From a virus, in the IMG/VR virus record IMGVR_UViG_3300035670_000110, positions 24,609 through 88,608 of that record: DNA of 64,000 bases; one strand, given 5' to 3'. The position numbers and the translations under genes are program-made. Below, in pieces: positions 9,196-18,960 of this stretch (position 1 is the first letter of the stretch; the number at the start of each line of letters is the position of its first letter). The notes beneath the pieces were generated by a model. That model worked only from the letters and a program-made list of their open reading frames with translations, searched no databases and was not told where the DNA came from.

Positions 9196-10812
9196 TTATC
9201 CTCCTAATTGAGATTCCAATTGTAGCACGCGATTCTTTAGGTCGTCAATACTTTCTTGCTGTTCCTTTACTACCGCTAGCAGAGCAGGAATAATCATTTT
9301 TGAATGATATGATGGAATATCTCCCGAAATAGATGCTATAGGCATAACTTCAGCAATTTGTTCTGCTATGAATCCAAGTTCTGTTCCTCCATCGATCCAA
9401 TCAAATTGGACGGGAGTTAAGTTTAACACATCCTTATAATTAAAATCTATAGATTCTCTACTACCAATTTTATCTTCTGGAATATTTAATGTGTCTAATT
9501 CGATAAGAGGAATAATATTTTCTTTTACCGCAAGAGAAGACGCTACATATCCTATTTTTCCAGTAGAATCTATCTGTAAATCTCTAGCAGATGTTACAGT
9601 GGTATTATATGCATCTGGAAATACTACAGATCCAGTTCCCGCAAAACTATGGATGCTGGCACTTTTTGCCTTCATAAAGCCGTTATTATTTAGCCAGAAT
9701 ACTGAGTCTGATGCATTTGCAAATCCAAACCAAAGTCTTCCCTGACTAAAAGGTAGGGCGGCTAAATACATGGGCGCACCATCTCCTGGATATAACTGTA
9801 TTACTCCGTCATTTCTTAAAATTATCCTATCAGATGGGGCAATTATTGCTGGGGTGCCAAAATAATCTCCAATTTTAAACCCAGCGATTGTTCCAGCACT
9901 GGCGGTAATCACGCCAGTAAATGATCCAGAGGTGGCAGTTATCTGTCCAGTAAATGAACCAAATCCTCCATTAATAAAAGTGCTACTTATACTGCTACTA
10001 TTAAGGTTCGTGCCAAAAATCTCTCCACCAGTAATATATCCACCTACAATTAAGCCACCATAAATATTTCCGGCATAAATATCGACGCTATCTATTGTTC
10101 CACCCTTAATATAACCCCCACCTATATAACCTCCAGAAACACTGGCACCGTATAAATTTCCAACAAATGATCCAGATGTTGCATTAATATTTCCCGTGAA
10201 TGATAAATTTCCAGAAACTGTATCTAAGTTAAAATTATTTAATCCGGCTACCGAATTAATTCCTGATGCAGATAAAATCAAGTATCCATTAGTATTAGAT
10301 GCTGTTAAAGAGCCTCCTAGTGCTAGGTCGCCTAAAATATTGCCAGACGTTGCTTGAATTTCCCCCCGCACAGCAACATTAGAAAATATTGCATTTCCCT
10401 GGCCGCTTAAAAACCATCCAGTATTTCCTATATATTTATCTTCCCAACTTTCATATATAACTGGAAAAAATGATGATGCGCCGAGAACTACAACTTGAGA
10501 TTGACCAATTTCATCTAAATACTCTATTACCGTTGTGCCAATGGCAGACCCAGTAAAAATATCTCCTTCATTCCCCACGGCTACAACGGAATAATAAGTT
10601 TGAGCATCTGTAGACCCAGTAAAAGAAATTTTCATTCCTGGAGTTATTGAAGATGCAGAAATATTATTTAAAACTGATGGAATAACTCCGTCAAAATTAT
10701 AGGATGAAATGTCTGGATTTTTTATTCTGAATGCCCCGTTTGAATCTAAATATCCTGTTAAATTAATAAGAGAGGAGTTACTTTCTTCGGAGCCAAAATT
10801 ATTTGTCGCCAT
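9196..10812 (-). CDS. Tail spike/fibre with C-terminal intramolecular chaperone (peptidase S74-like)
   Basis: GNAIFSNVAVRGEI.ATSG, Gly-rich beta-helix repeats, SS...KENI cleavage motif, LTPVQFDW, GFIAEQI and a terminal coiled coil. Confidence 0.85.
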   Translation of the reverse strand: MATNNFGSEESNSSLINLTGYLDSNGAFRIKNPDISSYNFDGVIPSVLNNISASSITPGMKISFTGSTDAQTYYSVVAVGNEGDIFTGSAIGTTVIEYLDEIGQSQVVVLGASSFFPVIYESWEDKYIGNTGWFLSGQGNAIFSNVAVRGEIQATSGNILGDLALGGSLTASNTNGYLILSASGINSVAGLNNFNLDTVSGNLSFTGNINATSGSFVGNLYGASVSGGYIGGGYIKGGTIDSVDIYAGNIYGGLIVGGYITGGEIFGTNLNSSSISSTFINGGFGSFTGQITATSGSFTGVITASAGTIAGFKIGDYFGTPAIIAPSDRIILRNDGVIQLYPGDGAPMYLAALPFSQGRLWFGFANASDSVFWLNNNGFMKAKSASIHSFAGTGSVVFPDAYNTTVTSARDLQIDSTGKIGYVASSLAVKENIIPLIELDTLNIPEDKIGSRESIDFNYKDVLNLTPVQFDWIDGGTELGFIAEQIAEVMPIASISGDIPSYHSKMIIPALLAVVKEQQESIDDLKNRVLQLESQLGG

Positions 10813-11737
10813 TAAGGGTTGCCCTCCCCCAAATGACTTTTTCGCTTTTATTTATTTGCAACCATTCGCCCCTCCACTTACCATCTCTTAAATAATATCT
10901 TGCTATTGCAACATAAAATAAAAAGTTTGGCTTAGAATCTATATAAAAATTGTTGGTAAATGAAGGTCCATTAGCATATTGTAATAAATTTGTCGAATAG
11001 GCCGGTGGAGTTTTTTCATCGACTATTGTTAAATTTTTATTTCCATTTAACATTAAATATTTTGGAATCTTAGCGGTATTTTCTTTATCATAATTTTTAA
11101 ATGCATAAATTGGAATATCTCTTACGGCTTTAACGGGGGTTCCTGTTACTGGACTTTTTACATTAATTAAATTATCAAACACTTTATCTTTTGATATTTT
11201 AACAGTGAATGAAGATAAAATTCTTTTTGGCTGTACCTCTCTCACAAAAGAATTTTCTGGGTCAACTGAGCCGCTATCTGCACCTAATGCTCTAAAGTTA
11301 GGAACTTCTATATCTAGCACCCAAGTTTTTCCTGTCTGAGATAATCCCGATTGTAAGATTGTATATTCTCTTCCAATCTCAGTACCTTTTAAATTATCTA
11401 ACAAACTGCTAGAAGAAAAAATTCTTACTTTATCTCCCTTTTTTAAATCTTTTCTATCCTTGGCATCTTTTAATAAAATTCTTAATTTATAATATCCAAC
11501 CCTGTTATGAGGCTGTTTAGAAAACTTACTAAACTTAAATTCTCCCCCCACTCCGCCATATTCATCAAAGGGCCTTCCTACAGTTAATTCTATTTCTTCT
11601 TTGCTCATTAATGGGCACGCGGGAGGCACTTTAATCTGAAAACTTTGAGAGACGGCAACCTCCTCATAGGCTTCTCCCTCAATGGCGAATCTTAAATTAT
11701 TATTAGGCCATAAGGTGTTAATGGTTAATTTAGTCAT
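10799..11737 (-). CDS. Putative minor tail protein
   Basis: 312-aa ORF with overlapping stop/start junctions inside the tail operon. Confidence 0.6.
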   Translation of the reverse strand: MTKLTINTLWPNNNLRFAIEGEAYEEVAVSQSFQIKVPPACPLMSKEEIELTVGRPFDEYGGVGGEFKFSKFSKQPHNRVGYYKLRILLKDAKDRKDLKKGDKVRIFSSSSLLDNLKGTEIGREYTILQSGLSQTGKTWVLDIEVPNFRALGADSGSVDPENSFVREVQPKRILSSFTVKISKDKVFDNLINVKSPVTGTPVKAVRDIPIYAFKNYDKENTAKIPKYLMLNGNKNLTIVDEKTPPAYSTNLLQYANGPSFTNNFYIDSKPNFLFYVAIARYYLRDGKWRGEWLQINKSEKVIWGRATLNGDK

Positions 11738-12687
11738 GACACTCCGTAGTTAAATCCTAAAGATAAAGAATATTCTATCGTTAAAGGGATGGACGCTGGC
11801 TTTCTGATAGGAGTCGGCAGGACTGCTCTAGATATTAGGCCATAGTTTGTATCTATAAAATAATTTCCTATATCAATTCTCATTGCATCTAATAATACCG
11901 GCTCCGAAGAATCGTGCCAAATTCTTACAAAATTAATGTCTGACCATTCGGGAAGTCCTGTAACTGTAGCAGCACCCTTTTCTGTGGAAGAAATAAAATA
12001 TCCAGATGCAGCAGGGGTAGTAAAAGCAATGTCATAATAACTATTTTCATCTTTCATAAATCTAAAAAATACATTAGATGAAGCCGTTGATTGATTATAT
12101 CCAGAAAGTATAAAATTATCCTGTGAGGTAAATGTTTCAATATACTGAAAGGCGCCGTCGGTTGACGAATACTGTAAATAATTATTTGCACTTGATGTTG
12201 GAGGTATATTAAATAATTGAGTTCCTATTCTGGCAAACTCTGTACTAATAAGTTCTGCTGCTGATGCTGATCCAAACTTAAGAAATAGGTCAACCCGGTC
12301 AAAGTCGAACAGCAATGATCCATTAAGACCGATCGTAGCATCTGATATTCTAGATGGATAAAGACCTACCTCTCTAATTTCTGATTGAAATGGGTCATCA
12401 ATTACTCCAGAATAAATCAATATATCATTATTATTTTCAAGATTTAAAGTTCCGCCGCGCACAACAGTTCTCCCTGATTCAAACTGCAGAGAGTTATTGG
12501 TAATCAGGGAGGTGGAGGCGGATAATGTATTTGGCTCATTACCTATTCCATAGGCTATACTGTTAGCAAAGTTAGGTATTATTCCAAGCAAAGATTTAAT
12601 AATAATGGAGCGTCCTGCGGTGGTAAGGGCATTCTGCTGCTCATAGATTAATTCATTGTCTAAATAAAATCTATAGATTCCTTTCAC
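11734..12687 (-). CDS. Minor tail/baseplate protein
   Basis: N.LTTAGR..I, GIG, IREVGLY and SRAVL..PI.K....LTIEY motifs typical of tail-collar/baseplate proteins. Confidence 0.7.
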   Translation of the reverse strand: MKGIYRFYLDNELIYEQQNALTTAGRSIIIKSLLGIIPNFANSIAYGIGNEPNTLSASTSLITNNSLQFESGRTVVRGGTLNLENNNDILIYSGVIDDPFQSEIREVGLYPSRISDATIGLNGSLLFDFDRVDLFLKFGSASAAELISTEFARIGTQLFNIPPTSSANNYLQYSSTDGAFQYIETFTSQDNFILSGYNQSTASSNVFFRFMKDENSYYDIAFTTPAASGYFISSTEKGAATVTGLPEWSDINFVRIWHDSSEPVLLDAMRIDIGNYFIDTNYGLISRAVLPTPIRKPASIPLTIEYSLSLGFNYGVS

Positions 12688-14255
12688 TGCTCAACCACCT
12701 CATATCTGGTGCCCAAGGAACTAGAGTCTTCAGTAACGCGGAAAATTCTCACACTAGTAATTATAGCATCGTTAACCTTTATGCTGAATGAATAGTATGG
12801 AGAGCCTCCAGCAGTATAATTTAATTCAAATGCTTCTAAATATTTTTCATAATCGAATTTTGAATTTGAGGGATCTCCATAATCAAGGACTTGAGATTGT
12901 ATTCTTGATACAAAATTTTGCACAATTTCATAAGCAGCCGTGTCAACGTAGGTGTCTGCGGAATTTGTTTGAGAAGGATCATAATACACTAAATCATCTG
13001 AATTAAATCTTTCATACGCTGGAACATAATTAATAGCATCATAGTCTATTCCTGCCTCCAAAAACTCTTTTGTATTTTTAATCAACGAAAGAGTTATTCT
13101 TTCAACCTCTCTTGTGATTCTTCTAGAAATGTTAGGCATAAAAATTCTTTCCGCATCTTTCGGATAAGTAATTTCAGCCCTTTCATTCATAGGGGGTATA
13201 TTTATTTCTGCTTTAGATGATCGTGTTGTTGGTACAAGATCTATAGCGTCAGACTCTTCATCGTATCGTGGAAGCCCCTCGTCCGACGGCTCTTCGATAT
13301 CAAAATCCAGAGATGATTCTTGGAGTGCTTGTATCTGAAGTTCTAAATCTGTAATTCTATCAAGAATTTTCTGTAAATCTTCTTGAGAAATTCCTGATGG
13401 CGTCCCCCCGCCAGGTGGGGGCGGAGGTGGAGGAGGTGGTGGTGGGGGAGGTGGAGGTGGGGTAGGTTCAGGGGGCGCACCTGGCTTGTAATCAAATGCG
13501 GCGTAAAGCGCTTTTTTTTCATCTGGAGTAATGTTACCATTGTCAACCGCTTCGACCAGTGCTTTTTGTTTCGGCACCTGCTTTTCGCCAAAGGCTTTTC
13601 TTCCACCCGATCCGGTGCCGACATTGGGCCATACATTTTTTATAACTGTTTTATCATAGTCTCCTAATACATTGTAATTATCTTTAAATGCACGCCATCT
13701 CTCGTCCTCTTCTTTTTGTCCCTGATTAGTTGGAGGGGGAGTGGTTGTTGACGGCGGCGGAGAGGGAGTCTTGGGCGGAGGAGGGGGCGTTGGCGTTGGG
13801 CCTTCCGTTGGGGGAGGAGTCTTAGGGGGAGGAGGGGTATTGGGTGGACGAGGGGTCGATGTTGGCCTGGGTCTACTTAAAAGATTTTGCATAATTTGCT
13901 TATTATTCTCTACAGTATCGGGGCTAGTGTTTTTAGAAACATTTTTATCCCTTGTAGTCGGAGCAGTTTCTGATTTATTACCTCTTTCAGGCTTAGTTTT
14001 GTCGGGCCGGATAGGGGGCAGGGGAACTGGCTTGTCGGGCCGGATAGGGGGCAGGGGAACTGGCTTGCCTGGTTCTGGCTTAAGTGGCCCTGGAGTAGGT
14101 TTGCCTGGTTCTGGCTTAAGTGGCCCTGGAGTAGGTTTGCCTGGTTCTGGCTTAAGTGGCCCTGGAGTAGGTTTAGATGGCTGCGGCTTAGAAGTACTAG
14201 GCTTAGGTGTTTGTGTTGTTTTTTTGGGTGGTGGTTTCGGGGGAATTTTAGCCAT
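12684..14255 (-). CDS. Proline-rich (extensin-like) tail-associated protein
   Basis: The N-terminal ~285 aa are dominated by Pro repeats, including a 16-Pro run; the C-terminus is globular and acidic; lies in the tail operon. Confidence 0.8.
   Translation of the reverse strand: MAKIPPKPPPKKTTQTPKPSTSKPQPSKPTPGPLKPEPGKPTPGPLKPEPGKPTPGPLKPEPGKPVPLPPIRPDKPVPLPPIRPDKTKPERGNKSETAPTTRDKNVSKNTSPDTVENNKQIMQNLLSRPRPTSTPRPPNTPPPPKTPPPTEGPTPTPPPPPKTPSPPPSTTTPPPTNQGQKEEDERWRAFKDNYNVLGDYDKTVIKNVWPNVGTGSGGRKAFGEKQVPKQKALVEAVDNGNITPDEKKALYAAFDYKPGAPPEPTPPPPPPPPPPPPPPPPGGGTPSGISQEDLQKILDRITDLELQIQALQESSLDFDIEEPSDEGLPRYDEESDAIDLVPTTRSSKAEINIPPMNERAEITYPKDAERIFMPNISRRITREVERITLSLIKNTKEFLEAGIDYDAINYVPAYERFNSDDLVYYDPSQTNSADTYVDTAAYEIVQNFVSRIQSQVLDYGDPSNSKFDYEKYLEAFELNYTAGGSPYYSFSIKVNDAIITSVRIFRVTEDSSSLGTRYEVVEQ
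13999..14172. repeat. Perfect coding tandem repeats: 2 x 33 bp followed by 3 x 36 bp
   Basis: ttgtcgggccggatagggggcaggggaactggc x2 (KPVPLPPIRPD) and ttgcctggttctggcttaagtggccctggagtaggt x3 (KPTPGPLKPEPG). Confidence 0.95.
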
Positions 14256-17200
14256 TATTTACCAACCTCAATTATTTCTATATTCATAGTGGGGCCGGAA
14301 TTATTTACAGAATGAGATATTGCAGATACAATAAACACTCTATCTCCAAAATTTTCATTTTCTAAGGTGTATCCTCTTGTCTTATCATATATTCTTACTT
14401 TGTCCCCTAATTCTATTAATGGGTTTGGAAATATTTCTAAAGACATTTTTAACCTTTGTCTACCACAATATCTAGTTATCCATTTCATCATATTTTTAGC
14501 CTGAGCCATAGTCTGTATGTATTGGCTATCTATAGATACAGATTGAGAGCCATATATTGATAGATTCTGCTCTCTTCTTGTTACTCTAAGTTTATCCTCT
14601 TCGACAATATCATAATAGTCTTTCATATTTATTTGCCCAAAACTTAATTCTTCTAATTGTATTCCCACTATGTATAAAGGCATAAGACTTTCTTCTCCCA
14701 GCGTTATTGGCCCAGAGGATGTATTGACAACAACTAGCCTTGCTCCAAAAGTTGTTGGACTATATTTTTTAATCATATATTCAGGATTAACTTTAGAAAT
14801 ATCTACTAGGGCACTAGAAAATGCTGGTAGGTTATAACGAATATTATATTCTTTTACTTGTCTTACAAGTCTTGCAAAATCATTAAAATAAACTTTTATT
14901 TCTTCATTTTTAAAATAAAAATCTTTGCTTACTGGAAGTATTCCGCTTTGTATCTTTTGATCTAAAAAGTTTGCTGATTTAAAGTATGGATCATTATCTT
15001 TCCCCGCTGGCCTAGCAGCGGCTGCAATATATTCATATATTGCTTGAGAATCATTACGAACAAACATAAATATTCTTTTACTATTAAGTCCAAAGGCCGG
15101 TCCATTTGGTTCAATATAGGAATTAACCTTCCTATTTCCATAATAAACTACATATTTAACAGCATTTTCATATTGTTTAATTCTTATTTCAAGTTCGAAT
15201 ACCGGGTCTGCTGTATTAACATTTTTTATTACCTGAACATCAGTATTAGTTACAGTATTTGCTCCGACCGGGGCTGTAAATAAAAGTTTTGGCTCGTATT
15301 TTGATTTACTATTCAGGCTGACTTTATACATTCTAAGGTTGCCCGCGACGGCTTTTTCAGAAACGGAAGATTTTCCAGATCCTACTGATTCCACTTCAAC
15401 AAAGTATCCTTCATTTTTATCATTCAATCCAAATCCTATACCTGCAATTGAAGAGTTGGTTGACATGATATAAGTATTGGCCTTTCTTTTCTTTAAAGAA
15501 GAGAATAATCTCATTCTTGTTGAAATACTATTAGGAACAAAATCTAAGTCAATATATTGACCGTATATATTTCTTTCTCCAGACATGTACATGTATGGAT
15601 CAAAATCTCCATCTACCGCAGCATCGACCTGAGCGTTCATATCTTTTAATTTCTGAGTCACTATTTGAGTAGGGCCATCTTTATCAAATTGCTCTAAAAT
15701 AGTTATGTCTTCCTGCGGAGATTTTGGTCCAGATAATTTTAAGAATCCCAGGTAAGATTGTAAATCTTCAAACGCAAGGGAACCTATGTTTTCTTTAACA
15801 GACTTATATGTATTTCTATCTATATAATTAAATTTTGTAGTAGCCTTTATATCTCCGGGAACTTTATAATTATTTGTTTCCCCTAGAGTTAATTTAAATG
15901 TTTTATTAATATTTATTCCATCACTGTTTTCTGCTAATGCATAATGTTCTGCAACATCAGAAGAGAACTTCCCTCTCCCGTCTCCAACAACTTTATATGT
16001 ATATTCACCACTATTTTGAGAAATTACTTTAAGTTTAACATCTACAATTAATCCTATTATTGATATAGAACCACCTTTTGGTAAGTATCTTAATTCTTGT
16101 AAAAATTCTTCTTCACTAAATAATATTTTTAATCTGCCATTTATGGAAAATAATTTTCCTTTATATTTTATATATTCATTATCAATTAATATATAACCTT
16201 CATAATCTGAAAAAGTTCTACCTTCTCCTCTATCTATAAAAATTATTAATGATTGTTTTGCAGTTAAAATTTCTGACTGACTATCAAAATATTCAAAACT
16301 ATTAGTGGTTGAATAAATAAATCTGACCGCCTCTTCTTCATTTAAGGCTGTATACTCTTCAGTGAAAACATCTTTCAGTCTGTTAGATTTTAAATTTAGG
16401 ACTAGGTTTGCCGCTCCGAGCGCCGATGAATTGTCATCTCCTGGTTTCCACAACGGCATTGTTTTATAAGTGTAATTAGAAAATGCTAAAGCGGTCGCGG
16501 GGATATCTTCAATGAGATCATTTAAAACTTTTTCTGGAAGAGTGAGAAGCCCTGGCTCTTTTCTAGGGCCATAAGTGTGATAAAAAACTTCTCCATCGGT
16601 TATTGGATTAATTTTTTGTTCACTATAAGAAATTACATTTGATTTGTAATCATTAATATATGCATACTCTGCTACATTTGCGCTTGCTGTTTTTGTATAA
16701 TCTTCATTAAAAATAAACCAAAAATCTGTTTTTGCTATAGCATCATTTTCATTTTGGGATGGTGGAGGATAGTCTTCGTGAACCCAGAATCCAAATGTTG
16801 AAGAATAACTCCATTTTTCTTGTTCGTCCGGTAATGCGTCAGTATTTCCATTATAAAAATACCAATCATTTCTCCACCAAACAAATTTAGTCGGGTCGGG
16901 GTTGGGATTGTATTGACTATCTGAAGCACTTGATGCATCTATTTTTGCTTTTTCTACCAACCTTTCTTTTGTCATAACTTTTAACTTTCCAGTAGCATCG
17001 TAGAACATTGAGCATTGTGTTGCCAGGGCTAATTGTTCTAAAACTTCTGCAACAGTCTGTTCTTTTTTACAAAAGAAATTTCTAATGCTTACATCCTCTC
17101 CAGTGTTACCCAGCCCCGTTCCACTTCTTTCAAACTCCATCCCTGTAATTCCAGCATTATCTAAAACTGTCAAAATTGCGGTAGAGAGTTTTGTTCCAGT

Positions 17201-18418
17201 TTTATATTGCAACATTAGATCTGGAGCAGATTTTTCTCTTAAATATTTAAAGCCATCCTCTATATTAACAGACACCGAATAATCTTCTCCTACATTCCAT
17301 TCATTAGAATACATAACCTTTAAGGGAAATATTGCAGAAGAAGATTCTGTATTAACAATTTGATAAAAGGTAAATTTTGTATCTGGGTTTAACATTTTAA
17401 GATTGCTCAAGGTGCTTGAAAAAAGAAATTGATCCTCTTCATTAGATAGTGAAAGATTTCCATTACTAGACACAATAGATCCAACGGGAAGACCCATGTT
17501 TGCCGAATCTCCTATAGTAGAATTAAAACTAAATGATTCAGTATACGATGTTAGATCTATTTCTAATCTTGGAGAAAGTTCTATAATCTCTAATCCATAT
17601 GATTTTCTGTTTATTTTATACGTCAAGAATCTAATGCCTCTCACCGTTTTAACATTAGTTGAATTTTCATCTGTTAACTCAGTTATATCTGAAAGCCTAT
17701 TAACACTTGCCGACCATTCATTATTAGATAAATATAGTTCAAGGATTCCGTCTGAAAATAAAGAGGCTGCGGAAGATGCAGAAGGAAAGGCAACCTTCCA
17801 TTCTTCCCCCTCCAAATATTCTACCTGAAACTGACTGGGAACAGTCATATGGTTTTGAACCTTTATAGTAATTTTGTTCATGGGAAATTCTTTTTGATAT
17901 ATAACAAATGGGCTGGCGCAAAAAATAAATCTTTCATTATTAGACACTCCCCTTGAATCTGGGTCAGCAGCCATCACTTTTGCACTATTAAAATAATCAT
18001 AGTCCCTGTTATAAGAGAATGGATAGTATCTTGGGGAGTCCGGGCTAATATTATCTACTCTCATTGACGTAGAATTTCTTGTAATTAAATTATTTTTATA
18101 ATGTTGCAGTAAAACTATTCCTGGGTCTGGTCTGTTGGGAAGAAATATTGACGATAAATCAGAGAAGAATTGCGATTCGGGGGAAAGTTTTACCGTTCCA
18201 TCATCGTAAAGGAAATAATTCTTCCCCTCTAAAACATTATTATTACTAATTAAACCTAAAAGAGGTTCGCCCGAATTAACAATTTTTGGATCTTTATAAA
18301 TTCCATATTTGCGAATTTCTTGATACTTATTCATATTCCATTCGCCAATAACAATATGGGTGGAATTCACCCTATCAATGTTTTTGTATAAGTTTCTTAT
18401 ATCACCATAATCCAGCAT
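14255..18418 (-). CDS. Large tail-tip / baseplate hub protein
   Basis: 1387 aa, two genes after the tape measure. TVAEVLEQLALATQCSMFYDATGKL, IDSQYIQT..QA and NPLIELGDKV are hub-like motifs. Confidence 0.8.
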   Translation of the reverse strand: MLDYGDIRNLYKNIDRVNSTHIVIGEWNMNKYQEIRKYGIYKDPKIVNSGEPLLGLISNNNVLEGKNYFLYDDGTVKLSPESQFFSDLSSIFLPNRPDPGIVLLQHYKNNLITRNSTSMRVDNISPDSPRYYPFSYNRDYDYFNSAKVMAADPDSRGVSNNERFIFCASPFVIYQKEFPMNKITIKVQNHMTVPSQFQVEYLEGEEWKVAFPSASSAASLFSDGILELYLSNNEWSASVNRLSDITELTDENSTNVKTVRGIRFLTYKINRKSYGLEIIELSPRLEIDLTSYTESFSFNSTIGDSANMGLPVGSIVSSNGNLSLSNEEDQFLFSSTLSNLKMLNPDTKFTFYQIVNTESSSAIFPLKVMYSNEWNVGEDYSVSVNIEDGFKYLREKSAPDLMLQYKTGTKLSTAILTVLDNAGITGMEFERSGTGLGNTGEDVSIRNFFCKKEQTVAEVLEQLALATQCSMFYDATGKLKVMTKERLVEKAKIDASSASDSQYNPNPDPTKFVWWRNDWYFYNGNTDALPDEQEKWSYSSTFGFWVHEDYPPPSQNENDAIAKTDFWFIFNEDYTKTASANVAEYAYINDYKSNVISYSEQKINPITDGEVFYHTYGPRKEPGLLTLPEKVLNDLIEDIPATALAFSNYTYKTMPLWKPGDDNSSALGAANLVLNLKSNRLKDVFTEEYTALNEEEAVRFIYSTTNSFEYFDSQSEILTAKQSLIIFIDRGEGRTFSDYEGYILIDNEYIKYKGKLFSINGRLKILFSEEEFLQELRYLPKGGSISIIGLIVDVKLKVISQNSGEYTYKVVGDGRGKFSSDVAEHYALAENSDGININKTFKLTLGETNNYKVPGDIKATTKFNYIDRNTYKSVKENIGSLAFEDLQSYLGFLKLSGPKSPQEDITILEQFDKDGPTQIVTQKLKDMNAQVDAAVDGDFDPYMYMSGERNIYGQYIDLDFVPNSISTRMRLFSSLKKRKANTYIMSTNSSIAGIGFGLNDKNEGYFVEVESVGSGKSSVSEKAVAGNLRMYKVSLNSKSKYEPKLLFTAPVGANTVTNTDVQVIKNVNTADPVFELEIRIKQYENAVKYVVYYGNRKVNSYIEPNGPAFGLNSKRIFMFVRNDSQAIYEYIAAAARPAGKDNDPYFKSANFLDQKIQSGILPVSKDFYFKNEEIKVYFNDFARLVRQVKEYNIRYNLPAFSSALVDISKVNPEYMIKKYSPTTFGARLVVVNTSSGPITLGEESLMPLYIVGIQLEELSFGQINMKDYYDIVEEDKLRVTRREQNLSIYGSQSVSIDSQYIQTMAQAKNMMKWITRYCGRQRLKMSLEIFPNPLIELGDKVRIYDKTRGYTLENENFGDRVFIVSAISHSVNNSGPTMNIEIIEVGK

Positions 18419-18957
18419 TAGACCTCCACCAAGGACATGCTAACATCCCAAAGATCGTGAGTAGACCCTCTCTTTTTTACAACATAAGAAAAATCTTCAA
18501 AGAATACGTTATAGGTTTCTAATGAATACTGTAGGGGGACTGACTCTGAGGCAAAAGGAGTGTCATAAACTAAAGTCAAGTAAAAACTTTCTGTGTGACC
18601 TTCATGCCATTTTAGCATTTCTTGGCCGGAGGCCCATCCACTAGGGGCGGTAATGAATCTACTTTCTGATAATTCTCCTTTAACTGATGGTAGGTTTTGC
18701 CAGTCTACAGAAAATATTTTTTTGTCGGCAACGTGATATGATCTCATTCTTCCATTTATCATTCTTTTTTTAAATTCTATTCTTTCTATAGATATTTGTA
18801 ACTCTGATCTATTATCATCAGTAAGGTATATAAAATTAGTTCCGGCTGTGCCTAAATCATACTGGCCCGCAGCAGCATTGACTGGTGTGGGTTGAGCCTC
18901 TGTAAATATCATTAGGGCTGGTCTTGTCCAGACTTTTTGTAATGTTGTTGTAGGCAT
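18418..18957 (-). CDS. Distal tail (Dit-like) minor tail protein
   Basis: Directly after the tape measure; RMINGRMRSYHVADK and WDVSMSLVEV. Confidence 0.72.
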   Translation of the reverse strand: MPTTTLQKVWTRPALMIFTEAQPTPVNAAAGQYDLGTAGTNFIYLTDDNRSELQISIERIEFKKRMINGRMRSYHVADKKIFSVDWQNLPSVKGELSESRFITAPSGWASGQEMLKWHEGHTESFYLTLVYDTPFASESVPLQYSLETYNVFFEDFSYVVKKRGSTHDLWDVSMSLVEV

Positions 18958-18960
18958 TAA

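Noticed and set aside
13741-14289. 182-aa Gly-rich plus-strand ORF
   Set aside because: Antisense mirror of the Pro codons of 12684..14255. The same applies to the other plus-strand ORFs lying inside structural genes.
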